Assembly (NCBI GenBank): GCA_029259175.1
Contig: JAPDJH010000018.1
Location: 5,747 to 69,746 of the forward strand
Direction: 5' to 3'
DNA: 64,000 bases
Source of the DNA: Hadesarchaea archaeon
GTDB taxonomy: Archaea; Hadarchaeota; Hadarchaeia; Hadarchaeales; Hadarchaeaceae
The notes below the pieces were generated by a model. That model made no database searches. It was not told where the DNA came from and was given only the letters and a program-made list of their open reading frames with translations. The position numbers were made by a program, and so were the translations under genes. Below, piece after piece: positions 1 to 8,821 of the stretch; the stretch's first letter is position 1, and every line of letters starts with the position of its first letter.

Positions 1-711
1 GGACTGAAGTTGTCCATAGTACTGCTGTGCTCGCTCTTGCTCGATCTCCGCTTGTTCGAGCAAACTCCTGATCTCTTCCTCGAGAGCCCTCATCTGCGCT
101 AGAGAGGGGTCCTGCTTCATTATCCTCAACTCGCGATCCTTTTCTCCAGCCATGCCCTGCAACCGGTTCGCCACAGTTCCCATGTTCTTCCTAGCTTTTT
201 CGTAGCGCCTTATTCCCAGCAGTTCGTCGATGCTTTCCCGCCGCTTCCCTTTTTTTATCTCCAAGAAGAGATCCAGCTGGTTCTGCTCAGAGTATATGGC
301 TCTCTCGTACACGTCGTAAGTGATCTTCAGGAGCTCACAAACGTGTTCGGTCACGCGTTCACTGCCGTTCTCGATGAGCGAGCCGTCCGCCTTACGCAGC
401 TCGGCGAGCACCGTGCCTCTTCCGCGCTCGATCCGTCTTTTGACCACATAGTCCTCCTCCTCGGGCGTCCGGAAGGTCACTTCGACCTCAGCGTGCTGTT
501 CCGGCTGCGGCACCGCCATTATCAAGTCCTCGAGCTTGAACTTCCGGTTCTTTATCCCTGGTAGCGTCCCGAAGAGAGCGTATGCTATCGCGTCCAAAAC
601 CGAACTTTTCCCAGAACCCATGCTGCCGATTAAAACGTTTGTTCCATCGCCAAACTTCAAAACCGTCTCTCTGTGCGACTTCCAGTTCTTCAATTTCACC
701 TCTATAATCAC
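1..711 (-). CDS. rad50: DNA double-strand break repair ATPase Rad50, N-terminal part (gene continues past window start)
   Basis: Minus-strand translation from a GTG at 711 gives VIIEVKLKNWKSHRETVLKFGDGTNVLIGSMGSGKSSVLDAIAYALFG, a Rad50/SMC Walker A N-terminus, followed by coiled-coil sequence open to position 1. The start overlaps the mre11 stop (GTGA). Confidence 0.8.
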   Translation of the reverse strand, partial: MIIEVKLKNWKSHRETVLKFGDGTNVLIGSMGSGKSSVLDAIAYALFGTLPGIKNRKFKLEDLIMAVPQPEQHAEVEVTFRTPEEEDYVVKRRIERGRGTVLAELRKADGSLIENGSERVTEHVCELLKITYDVYERAIYSEQNQLDLFLEIKKGKRRESIDELLGIRRYEKARKNMGTVANRLQGMAGEKDRELRIMKQDPSLAQMRALEEEIRSLLEQAEIEQERAQQYYGQLQS

Positions 712-1991
712 CGCGTGTTCACCTCGCTCATTTTTTCGACCAATGACATCAGCTTCTTAACAGCATCCTCCACTCGATCCTCGGCCAACAGACCAAAAAG
801 ATCTCGAACGCTGACAAGTTCTATGCCCTGCACATCCTTCACGTATTCCTCCAGCAGCAACATTCCCTTCTCATCGATGGAGAGCTGTTTCTCTTTGAAC
901 TCCCTAAGTGACCGGAGTTTTTCCTCCAATCCGGGAGATACCAGAGCATCCTTGCTTATGGTCACCAGCGCCTTGTCTCGGAATTCCTCTTCTATCAGGC
1001 GCTCGTCAAAATCGGCTCTCGAGATCTCCTTGGCGAGAGTGCCCATCAGCCGGATTCGTATGATCGGGATCTTTTCCAAATTCTTCCGATGCCGAAGGAG
1101 AAGTTCCTGTATTTTACTGCGCACTTTGGTATACAATTCCTGCAAAGAAGCGTTCTCCACTTTCATCTCTTCATAAAAGAAATCTCTCGGGCTCTTCAAT
1201 TCTACAAACGTCCATCTCGGACGCCCACCCGTTTCCACCAAGTAAAACCCCTTGGGATTTCTTGCCTCGACCTCCAGCAGCTGGGTGCGCTCCGTGCTCC
1301 CAGGCATCAAAAGTGGTGCTCCGTGGGCTTCTGTTTCAGCACGATAGTGCACATGGCCGTTCAAGTAGAGATCGAATCCAGGGGGCAAATCCCCCACTTT
1401 GAGCATGGACTCCTCTTCCGTTTCCTTCGAAAAAACGAACTCCCCAATGGACTGGTGTAGAGCAAGCACGTTAAACGCCCCCGGCTCCGGCGTCGGATTC
1501 CACGTCCTGAGCTGGGCCAACACGTACTTCTCCGGCACGTAGCTGAAACCGTGAATTGCGACTCTCTCTCCCGATTTTTCAAAAACAATGCTTCCCGCCT
1601 CCAAATAGATGAGTTTTCCTGCCGATTCCAGTGCTTCCACCGGATTCTTCAACCCGCGCGTTCGTCGCTCGTGATTTCCACAAAGTGCGACCACCGGGGT
1701 GCCCTGCAAGGCCAAAGGAGGAATTGTCTCCACCGGTTTGAATTTCGTTTTAACTATTTTCAGCCGGTTTGTCCCCTCGGTCTTCGGTATGGAGAAAATC
1801 CGGAGGGCGCGATCCCATACTTCTAGTTTTGGAATACGGGTATCAAAGATATCACCTAATATAAGAATTAGATCTACATCCATTTCGAGGGCTTTACGAA
1901 TGGCCTCCTCCGCGTGATCAAACGAATCGTTTTCCCTTGGTGTTCCCCACTTGGCCCCGAGGTGGAAATCAGCCATTACCGCAATTCTCAT
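708..1991 (-). CDS. mre11: DNA repair nuclease Mre11 (calcineurin-like phosphoesterase)
   Basis: ORF 708..2009. The likely start is the ATG at 1991 (MRIAVMADFHLG..., an Mre11 phosphoesterase motif I). GDIFD, GNHE and GHVH motifs are present. It lies immediately upstream of rad50 with overlapping stop/start. Confidence 0.85.
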   Translation of the reverse strand: MRIAVMADFHLGAKWGTPRENDSFDHAEEAIRKALEMDVDLILILGDIFDTRIPKLEVWDRALRIFSIPKTEGTNRLKIVKTKFKPVETIPPLALQGTPVVALCGNHERRTRGLKNPVEALESAGKLIYLEAGSIVFEKSGERVAIHGFSYVPEKYVLAQLRTWNPTPEPGAFNVLALHQSIGEFVFSKETEEESMLKVGDLPPGFDLYLNGHVHYRAETEAHGAPLLMPGSTERTQLLEVEARNPKGFYLVETGGRPRWTFVELKSPRDFFYEEMKVENASLQELYTKVRSKIQELLLRHRKNLEKIPIIRIRLMGTLAKEISRADFDERLIEEEFRDKALVTISKDALVSPGLEEKLRSLREFKEKQLSIDEKGMLLLEEYVKDVQGIELVSVRDLFGLLAEDRVEDAVKKLMSLVEKMSEVNTR

Positions 1992-2066
1992 TTTTGTCAC
2001 CGCTACCATACATCTTCTTCAACTCATCTTCTTATAGCTGAAATGAACTTTTTTAATGGGGATGCC

Positions 2067-3281
2067 ATGCTCTGGACCGAGAAGTACGCGCCCAAGCGCT
2101 TATCCGAACTCGTTGGTCAAGACGCTGCCGTGCAGACTATGCGGAAATGGGTAGAAAGCTGGAAAAAAGGAAAGCCGTCCAAAAAGAGCTTGCTGTTATA
2201 TGGGCCTCCAGGCACGGGAAAAACAGCTGCCACCAGAGCTCTGGCAAACGAGACTGGGTGGCAACTAATAGAGATGAACGCCAGCGACAAGCGAACGATG
2301 AGCGCTCTCAGAAAAATAATAGGAGAGGCTTCGAAAACCGGAACGCTGTTGGAGGGGGTCCAAGGGAAAAAATTACTGGTGCTGGACGAGGCCGACAACA
2401 TTCACGGACGCGCTGATCACGGCGGCTATCAGGCTTTGAAAGAGATCATCGGCACCACTACCAACCCTGTAATTCTAATCGCCAACGACCGGTACTCCAT
2501 TCCCGCCGAGATCCAAGCCCAATGCGAGCTGGTAAATTTCCGGCGGCTCCGTCCCGATCAAATCGTCAAACACTTAGAACACATTGCGAAAAACGAAAAA
2601 ATCAAAGTGGATCGAAAAGCCTTAGAGATCATTGCCCGGCGTTCCGACGGAGATATGCGTTCCGCCATCGAGGACTTTCAGACACACGCTCTTGTGTTTC
2701 CACGTTTGACTGCAGAGCAAGTCCTGTTGTTTAAACGCGAACGTGAGAAAAACGTGTTCGATCTGTTGAGAGGGATCTTGTTCGCCAGCAGCGCCGATGT
2801 TGCGCGTTCTGTGCTCTGGTCAGTGGACATAGCTCCCGACGAAGCAATGGCCTGGATAGTGGAAAACGTGCCAAAAGCCATTAGGGATCCGAAAGCGCTG
2901 GCGGCCGTTTACAACACGCTCTCCAGAGCCGACATCTTCTACAGAAGAGCCAACGAGCGCCAGATTTACCGGCTCTGGTCCTACATGAGCGATCTCATGA
3001 GCGCGGGGGTGGCCGTCAAGAAGGGGAGCGAGGTGAAAGCAGCAAAATTCGAGCCTCCATCGTACCTGAAGCGATACTACCAAACAGCAAAAACCAGAAG
3101 AATGCTAAATTCTGTGGCGAGAAAAATCGCGATGGCGTGCCACACCTCTACTCACCGGGTAAAACAGGATATGATCCCTTTGCTTCCAATCTTGATCCAA
3201 AACAAGAAACTGCTCGAGAATCTGACCGCTAATCTGGAGTTAAGCGAGGAAGAGATCAACTTTCTCTCTTCTCTCCGGTGA
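2067..3281 (+). CDS. rfcL: Replication factor C large subunit
   Basis: MLWTEKYAPKRLSELVGQDAAVQTMRKWVESW...LLLYGPPGTGKTA (Walker A) and LVLDEADN (Walker B): an AAA+ clamp-loader signature. The internal ATG at 2067 matches the canonical N-terminus; the ORF track starts at 1914. Confidence 0.85.
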   Translation: MLWTEKYAPKRLSELVGQDAAVQTMRKWVESWKKGKPSKKSLLLYGPPGTGKTAATRALANETGWQLIEMNASDKRTMSALRKIIGEASKTGTLLEGVQGKKLLVLDEADNIHGRADHGGYQALKEIIGTTTNPVILIANDRYSIPAEIQAQCELVNFRRLRPDQIVKHLEHIAKNEKIKVDRKALEIIARRSDGDMRSAIEDFQTHALVFPRLTAEQVLLFKREREKNVFDLLRGILFASSADVARSVLWSVDIAPDEAMAWIVENVPKAIRDPKALAAVYNTLSRADIFYRRANERQIYRLWSYMSDLMSAGVAVKKGSEVKAAKFEPPSYLKRYYQTAKTRRMLNSVARKIAMACHTSTHRVKQDMIPLLPILIQNKKLLENLTANLELSEEEINFLSSLR

Positions 3282-4363
3282 GCGATGGAATGAGAATCCG
3301 GATCTCGAAAAAACTGGAATACGGCAAGCTTGTCACTCCGCTTCCCGACCGTCATGTCCCCGTCTACCGCTGGTTTCAAATGAAAGAATCTTTCTCGGGA
3401 GCTTTAGTCAAGATGTTGCTGGACTTGTGGGGAAGTCCTGACAAACCGCTCCTCGACCCGTTTTGCGGGGCTGGCACGACTTTGCTCGCATGCAAAGAAA
3501 TGGGCGTCAACGGAATCGGATTGGAAACACATCCGTTTTTGTTGTTTGTATCTAGGGCGAAGACTTGGAACTATGATGTTCCCAGCTTAGAAACGTACTT
3601 GTCCAAAGTCCTAGCCTCCCCCACCAAACGCACAAGTGGAGGTGTGCCTCCATTAGTCAAACGCGTATTTCCCTTGTCGATTCAGCGCGAAATCCTTGCT
3701 ATGAAGGAACCGATCAACGCCATCCCCAACGAAAAAATTCGGGATTTCCTAAAAATGGCGCTGCTCCGGACTGCGGTGCGATGTAGTTGGATGAGAAAAG
3801 ATGGTGCTGTGATCAAAACAGCTGCCCGAAAAATACCCGATTTCCGACACGCGCTAGAGTGTCTGGTCGAAGAGATGGTGAGAGATCTCATGAATTTCCC
3901 GCAGAATGAATCAGCAATTCAGCTAATCCGTGCCGACGCGCGCCACATCCCCCTCAAAGACAACAGCGTGGGAGGCGTTATTACTTCTCCACCGTACCTC
4001 TTCAAGTCGGAGTATTTGCGCGAATTCGTTGTTGAAGAATGGGTTGCAGAAGTCGAACACGCCAGCACCCCATCTGTCATCCACACGGAAGATGTCGAAA
4101 AGTATTTTTCCGACATGGAACGGGTGCTTAGCGAACTCTATCGGGTCTGTGTCCCTGGCGCCAAGCTATGTTTTGTCGTCTCCGATGGCGGAACTCGAAA
4201 GGGGGTGGTAGAAGTCGGTCCTACCTTGTGTGAGGTAGCTCACAATATCGGATTCAAAGCGAAGAAGATGGTTATCGTGAACGAGCGCTGGTGTACCACC
4301 CCTTCAAGAAAAAAAGTGGGAATTCTGCGCGAATCTCTGCTGTTTTGGGAAAAGCCCGCATGA
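3278..4363 (+). CDS. SAM-dependent methyltransferase: motif I (DPFCGAGTT) then motif IV-like (TSPPY), with a large insertion between them
   Basis: KPLLDPFCGAGTTLLA near the N-terminus and GGVITSPPY about 175 aa later. This is the Trm11 / N6-N4 amino-methyltransferase architecture. No THUMP domain and no adjacent nuclease. Confidence 0.6.
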   Translation: MSDGMRIRISKKLEYGKLVTPLPDRHVPVYRWFQMKESFSGALVKMLLDLWGSPDKPLLDPFCGAGTTLLACKEMGVNGIGLETHPFLLFVSRAKTWNYDVPSLETYLSKVLASPTKRTSGGVPPLVKRVFPLSIQREILAMKEPINAIPNEKIRDFLKMALLRTAVRCSWMRKDGAVIKTAARKIPDFRHALECLVEEMVRDLMNFPQNESAIQLIRADARHIPLKDNSVGGVITSPPYLFKSEYLREFVVEEWVAEVEHASTPSVIHTEDVEKYFSDMERVLSELYRVCVPGAKLCFVVSDGGTRKGVVEVGPTLCEVAHNIGFKAKKMVIVNERWCTTPSRKKVGILRESLLFWEKPA

Positions 4364-4390
4364 CTTAAATTTTCAACACAGAATACACAG

Positions 4391-4462
4391 ATGGATAGGA
4401 TGGCCAAGCGCAGGAAGAAAACAACTAGGAAGAAGAAAAAATGGAAAAAGAACAGACGATAG
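4391..4462 (+). CDS. 23-aa highly basic micro-ORF, eL41-like candidate
   Basis: ATG GAT AGG ATG GCC AAG CGC AGG AAG AAA ... TAG encodes MDRMAKRRKKTTRKKKKWKKNRR. Intergenic location between two co-oriented genes. Composition resembles ribosomal protein eL41. Confidence 0.3.
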   Translation: MDRMAKRRKKTTRKKKKWKKNRR

Positions 4463-4498
4463 ATTCAAAAATTTTCTATTCACAAGGTTGCGGATCAC

Positions 4499-5287
4499 AT
4501 GTCCTCCTTAGTATATCTACTGGGCCCTGCAGGCTGTGGAAAGAGTACCCTGACATCTGCACTTTCTGTCCTAATGCAGAGCAATGGTCTGAAAGTCGTC
4601 ACGGTGAACCTCGATCCCGGAGTTGAATGGCTCCCATACACTCCAGATATCGACATTCGAACACATGTCTCCCTCCGAGAGGTTATGAAAGAATTCAAGC
4701 TAGGACCTAATGGCGGACTGATAGTGGCCGTGGATCTAATGGCCGAACATCTTCCCAAACTCCGACAATTGATTGTGGAGTGGAATGCGGATTATGTTTT
4801 GGTTGACACGCCAGGCCAAATGGAATTGTTTGCCTTTCGGCGTACCGGACCAGCAGTAATCGAGGGATTGGGGGATGTGCAGAGGTCTTGTTTGCTGTTT
4901 TTGATAGACTCTTTCTTTGCAAAACAAGCCAGCTCATTCGTATCCATGCTGATGCTGGCCTCTTCAGTGTTGGCCCGTTTTCGTCTCCCACAGATAAATG
5001 TCCTGACCAAGATCGACAGGCTAACGGCCAACGAACTCCAGATGACCGCCGACTGGATGGAGCGCAAAGATTTGCTCTTGGACGCGATCCTGTCTGAACC
5101 GAACCCGTTAGACCGGGAAACGGCCATGGGAATGTTAGAAGTCGTAGAAAAAACGAGTCTGGCTGGGGAACTCGTTCCGATCTCGGCAACCGAAAACCGC
5201 GGATTGTTAGAGCTAGTTGGTGCAATAGAACGGGCACTCGCGAAAGAAACTGTGCTCGACCTAGGAGAGGAGGTCGAAAAGTATTGA
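4499..5287 (+). CDS. GPN-loop GTPase
   Basis: LLGPAGCGKSTL P-loop and a GPNGGL motif, the defining GPN loop of this family. Confidence 0.8.
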   Translation: MSSLVYLLGPAGCGKSTLTSALSVLMQSNGLKVVTVNLDPGVEWLPYTPDIDIRTHVSLREVMKEFKLGPNGGLIVAVDLMAEHLPKLRQLIVEWNADYVLVDTPGQMELFAFRRTGPAVIEGLGDVQRSCLLFLIDSFFAKQASSFVSMLMLASSVLARFRLPQINVLTKIDRLTANELQMTADWMERKDLLLDAILSEPNPLDRETAMGMLEVVEKTSLAGELVPISATENRGLLELVGAIERALAKETVLDLGEEVEKY

Positions 5288-6417
5288 CATCTCTTGAGAA
5301 GTTCCTCGGAACCATTCTTGGCGTGGCCTTGGGCGATGCGGTCGGAGCACCGTTTGAGGGTACGCCCGCGTCTCTAAGCAAGGAACTCGTAACCGAAAAA
5401 ATCGAAAATCTGCAAACGCTCACATATACGGACGACACCCAAATGACCCTCGACTTGGCTTCTTCTCTGAGCGCGCGTTCGGGTTTTGATCCGAATGACG
5501 TTGTCCAACGCTTCCTCACCAGCTACAATCCGGCTCGTCGCTATGGACAAACCACCTCGACCGTGCTCCAACTAATTAAAGACGGGACTGACTGGATCCA
5601 AGCATCCAAACAAGTGATGAATGGAGAAGGCTCCTACGGAAATGGGGCAGCTATGAGAATCGCGCCCGTTGCCCTGCTCTATCACCACGATAAAGAAAAG
5701 ATGCTGGAAATCGCAAAGGCATCGAGCGAGCTTACCCACGCACACCCCCTCGGGATCGAAGGGGCCATCATCCAAGCTGCCGCTCTAAGATTCGCAATTC
5801 TTACCTCTCCCACAGATTTTGACCCGGCAGAATTTCTGTCAGAGATAAAACAAGTGATAACTCAAGAGGTGTACGCGCAAAAAATAAACTCAATACACCA
5901 ACTGCTAGAAGAACCCATCGATCCCGTTACCATTCGGGAGAGACTTGGATGTGGAGGCGAGGCTTTCAACTCAGTTCCTACCGCCATCTACTGCTTCCTG
6001 ACCGATCCCACCGATTTTATTTCTAGCGTTAGCATAGCCGTGTCACTCGGAGGAGACACTGATACTATCGCCTCTATGACTGGCGCGCTCGTTGGCGCCC
6101 TGACTGGCAAACCCGCCCTGCCCGAAGCTTGGTTAGAAAAACTAGAAAACAGAGAGACGATCGAGCGTGTTGCCCAGTCGCTCTTTTTTACCCATGTCAA
6201 AACGGTTCTAGGACATCGATGCGAGATGTGCCTCTCTCAAGAGGGGATCAAAGCTTACAAAATAGATCCCGCTGGGCCCGATAATGTAGACAACTACATA
6301 TTGCTCTGCGCCCGATGCAAGCGAGAGAGTGAGGAGGAAGAGAAAGAGTTCTTCGCCAAGCCAAGAAAACATGGGAAGTATCGAGCGGTTTACCGGAAGG
6401 CCCACCGGAGGGCCTAA
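5284..6417 (+). CDS. ADP-ribosylglycohydrolase fused to a C-terminal degenerate HNH-type zinc ribbon
   Basis: N-terminal ILGVALGDAVGAPFEG and downstream Asp/Thr-rich metal-binding motifs (GGDTDT) typical of the ADP-ribosylglycohydrolase fold. C-terminal tail HRCEMC...AYKIDP...DNVDNYILLCARCK has the CxxC..(HH)IxP..N..LLCxxC(H) layout of HNH nucleases, but HH is replaced by YK and the terminal H by K. Confidence 0.7.
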   Translation: MTSLEKFLGTILGVALGDAVGAPFEGTPASLSKELVTEKIENLQTLTYTDDTQMTLDLASSLSARSGFDPNDVVQRFLTSYNPARRYGQTTSTVLQLIKDGTDWIQASKQVMNGEGSYGNGAAMRIAPVALLYHHDKEKMLEIAKASSELTHAHPLGIEGAIIQAAALRFAILTSPTDFDPAEFLSEIKQVITQEVYAQKINSIHQLLEEPIDPVTIRERLGCGGEAFNSVPTAIYCFLTDPTDFISSVSIAVSLGGDTDTIASMTGALVGALTGKPALPEAWLEKLENRETIERVAQSLFFTHVKTVLGHRCEMCLSQEGIKAYKIDPAGPDNVDNYILLCARCKRESEEEEKEFFAKPRKHGKYRAVYRKAHRRA

Positions 6418-6981
6418 ATGGTCTCCGAGGAGATGCGAACTCGCATAAGCAAGTGCTTGGCCTATCTTCTCCGTCACGACAAGAATCTTCCAAGAACAGA
6501 AGATGGATGGGTTCCAATCCCAGAGGTGCTAAAACTCCTGCAAAAGCGATGGCAGTGGATCAACTCTGCACTCCTCCAAGAGATTGTTGAGAAAGACAAA
6601 AAGCAGAGATACGAGATCCGCAACAACATGATACGCGCCAGGTACGGGCACAGCGTCCCTGTAAATTTACATCTTCCGGCTGCCGACGTGGACGTCCTCT
6701 ATCATGGGACCACCCCCAATGCCGCTATGCAAATTCTAAAAGAAGGGCTCAAACCCATGGGGCGCACCATGGTGCATCTCTCTACCACTCCCAGCGATGC
6801 GATGGCGGTGGGGAAGCGAAGAACCAAAACTCCGACCGTACTCAAAATAGATGCCAAAAAAGCGCAATCCATGGGAATATCGTTTTTCAAGGCGTCTGAA
6901 AGCGTTTATTTAGCTTCTTCTGTGCCTCCCGAGTGTATAAGCATATGGGGTGAAGGGAATGAAAGCCTCGAAGGAGTGTAA
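6418..6981 (+). CDS. kptA: RNA 2'-phosphotransferase Tpt1/KptA (NAD-dependent)
   Basis: RISKCLAYLLRHDKNLPRTEDGWVPIPEVL and a central YHGT motif are characteristic of Tpt1/KptA. Typical length of about 185 aa. Confidence 0.8.
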   Translation: MVSEEMRTRISKCLAYLLRHDKNLPRTEDGWVPIPEVLKLLQKRWQWINSALLQEIVEKDKKQRYEIRNNMIRARYGHSVPVNLHLPAADVDVLYHGTTPNAAMQILKEGLKPMGRTMVHLSTTPSDAMAVGKRRTKTPTVLKIDAKKAQSMGISFFKASESVYLASSVPPECISIWGEGNESLEGV

Positions 6982-7791
6982 GGAGTGTCTCTCGCAGTTA
7001 GCAGACCAAGTGGCAAAACTCTCGGCACAACAGATCTCGTTGCGCAGAAAAATTCGCAGACATATGGAGAGGGCGCTTATCCGGATAACCAAACATACAG
7101 TGCCAACCGACATATCTAATGAGCTCCACCATATCGCCAAGGTACTATCATCAAATCTCGATCCCTACAAAGAAATCAAACAAAAAGAGATGACGGTTGC
7201 AAAAGAGATTTACACTAAGCTGAAGATCGGAGACACTCTGCGGAGTCGAGTGGAGATCGCCGCTTTCGGCAATGCAATCGACTATTTTGTAGATCCAAAT
7301 GAACTCCACCAAATATTTAACTCACCTGTCAAGTTCGCTAAGGACGACATAGAGGAGCTGGCTAGAAAGCTTCGAAAAACCAGGCGCATTCTCTATCTGC
7401 CCGACAACGCAGGAGAAGTCTTTTTCGATATCCCGTTGGTGGATTACCTGAGAGAACGCGCTGACATTTTTTATGCTGTAAAAGCGGAGCCCATTCAGAA
7501 CGATTTCTCCATAGAAGAGCTAGGATTTTTAGACGGCATCAAAATCCCGGCGACAATCATAAAAGGACCTCCAACGGTTGGAGTTTATTTGAGTCAGGCC
7601 CCATAGAGTTCAGAATGGCCTTCGATGTTTCAGACCTGATAATCGCAAAGGGGATGGCAAACTACGAAACACTTTCAGAACTGGCCGGTGAAGACCGCGT
7701 CTTCTACATTCTGAGAGCAAAATGCAAACCGGTTGCCAAGTCGTTGGGGGTCAGAGTGGGCGACTACATAGCAACATTCTTAACTCGCTGA
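6950..7791 (+). pseudogene. DUF89 (ARMT1-like damage-control phosphatase) interrupted by a frameshift
   Basis: Frame +2 ORF 6950..7606 contains LYLPDNAGEVFFDIPL, the DUF89 metal-binding motif. The C-terminal remainder (MAFDVSDLIIAKGMANYETLSELAGEDRVFYILRAKCKPVAKSLGVRVGDYIATFLTR) continues in frame +1 to 7791. No stop separates the frames around 7585-7615. Confidence 0.55.
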
Positions 7792-7962
7792 TTATTCGTA
7801 ATCAAAACAACAGATACGGAACGTCAGTACTACAAGGAACTGGACCTTCCCACGCGCGTGGATCCAAAGAGCGCCAAGGCCTCCTACAAAAACGGAGTGC
7901 TAAAGGTCACCTTTGAAAAACTCCGCGAGAGCACCGAGGGCGAAAAAATCAATATCGGATAA
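7792..7962 (+). pseudogene. Hsp20/alpha-crystallin C-terminal remnant with no start codon
   Basis: Frame +1 reads ...TDTERQYYKELDLPTRVDPKSAKASYKNGVLKVTFEKLRESTEGEKINIG*, a typical sHSP C-terminal beta strand. It begins directly after the upstream stop and has no initiation codon or N-terminal domain. Confidence 0.45.
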
Positions 7963-8821
7963 AAGATGATTTTTCGCCAATCAAAAATTTCAACATCTCG
8001 CGGCTTCGAAGATCGTTCCGCTTTTTCAGGTGAGTAACAAATTTCGCGTATCCGTGTTTATTCAAATCAAACATCAACTTTCGAAAAGTGACGCGAGCCA
8101 GAAACAGGCCATCTGCGGGCGCCGGGCGAAAAGAGCGTGGCGCATTTCCATCCAGCGCTAGACGCAGCCACTCTTCCCCCACTACTCCCCGGCCGAGTTC
8201 GAGCAGGGCTTCAACCATCCGCCTGACCTGTTGCCACAAAAAGAAAGGTGCAACAAAATCAAACACCAAACCTTCATTCATATGACAGCTAGCAAAGGAG
8301 ATGGTCGCAAAAGTAGATTTTCCTTTCTCGCGTTTACAAAAACATCTGAAATCATGGGGGCCTTCAAACATCTTCACGGCTTTTTTCACTAGCTGGAAAT
8401 CGAGATCGGAAGGAGGCGCGCACACGTATCTGTAGTGTTTACTCAAGGCCTCTTTGCGCGGATTGAATCGTGACGGAACGAGGCTCCAGCCTAGAACCGC
8501 GATATCCGCGGGCAGAACCGCGTTCAACTCGTCCACGTCCGGTTCGTGCGTTATCGAAACCGCCACTACTTGACCAACAGCGCTCACACCTCGGTCTGTT
8601 CTTCCCGCTACCTGACATCTAGCGCTCTTGAAATCAGATACGAGCCCGGTCAACTGAAGGGCCTCAAGCAGCTGTCCCTCAATTGTGGGAGCGCCCGGTT
8701 GTCTGGCAAACCCAAAATAATTTGATCCGTCATAGGCCAGCAGCAAGCATGCCCGCACACATCCCACCGCTTTATTTAAAATATGGCTCTCGGTAATATA
8801 TCGCTCGGAGAAAGGATTCAA
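7949..8821 (-). CDS. truA: tRNA pseudouridine synthase A
   Basis: LLAYDGSNYFGFARQP...GRTDRGVSAVGQVV. The catalytic RTDxGV motif of TruA is present. The true start is probably internal, near 8758, because the ORF overlaps moaA. Confidence 0.75.
   Translation of the reverse strand: MNPFSERYITESHILNKAVGCVRACLLLAYDGSNYFGFARQPGAPTIEGQLLEALQLTGLVSDFKSARCQVAGRTDRGVSAVGQVVAVSITHEPDVDELNAVLPADIAVLGWSLVPSRFNPRKEALSKHYRYVCAPPSDLDFQLVKKAVKMFEGPHDFRCFCKREKGKSTFATISFASCHMNEGLVFDFVAPFFLWQQVRRMVEALLELGRGVVGEEWLRLALDGNAPRSFRPAPADGLFLARVTFRKLMFDLNKHGYAKFVTHLKKRNDLRSREMLKFLIGEKSSFIRY

Noticed and set aside
343-1460. Plus-strand ORFs (73, 74, 167 and 123 aa) overlapping rad50 and mre11
   Set aside because: Ser/Phe/Arg-rich and antisense to well-supported genes. 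No motifs.
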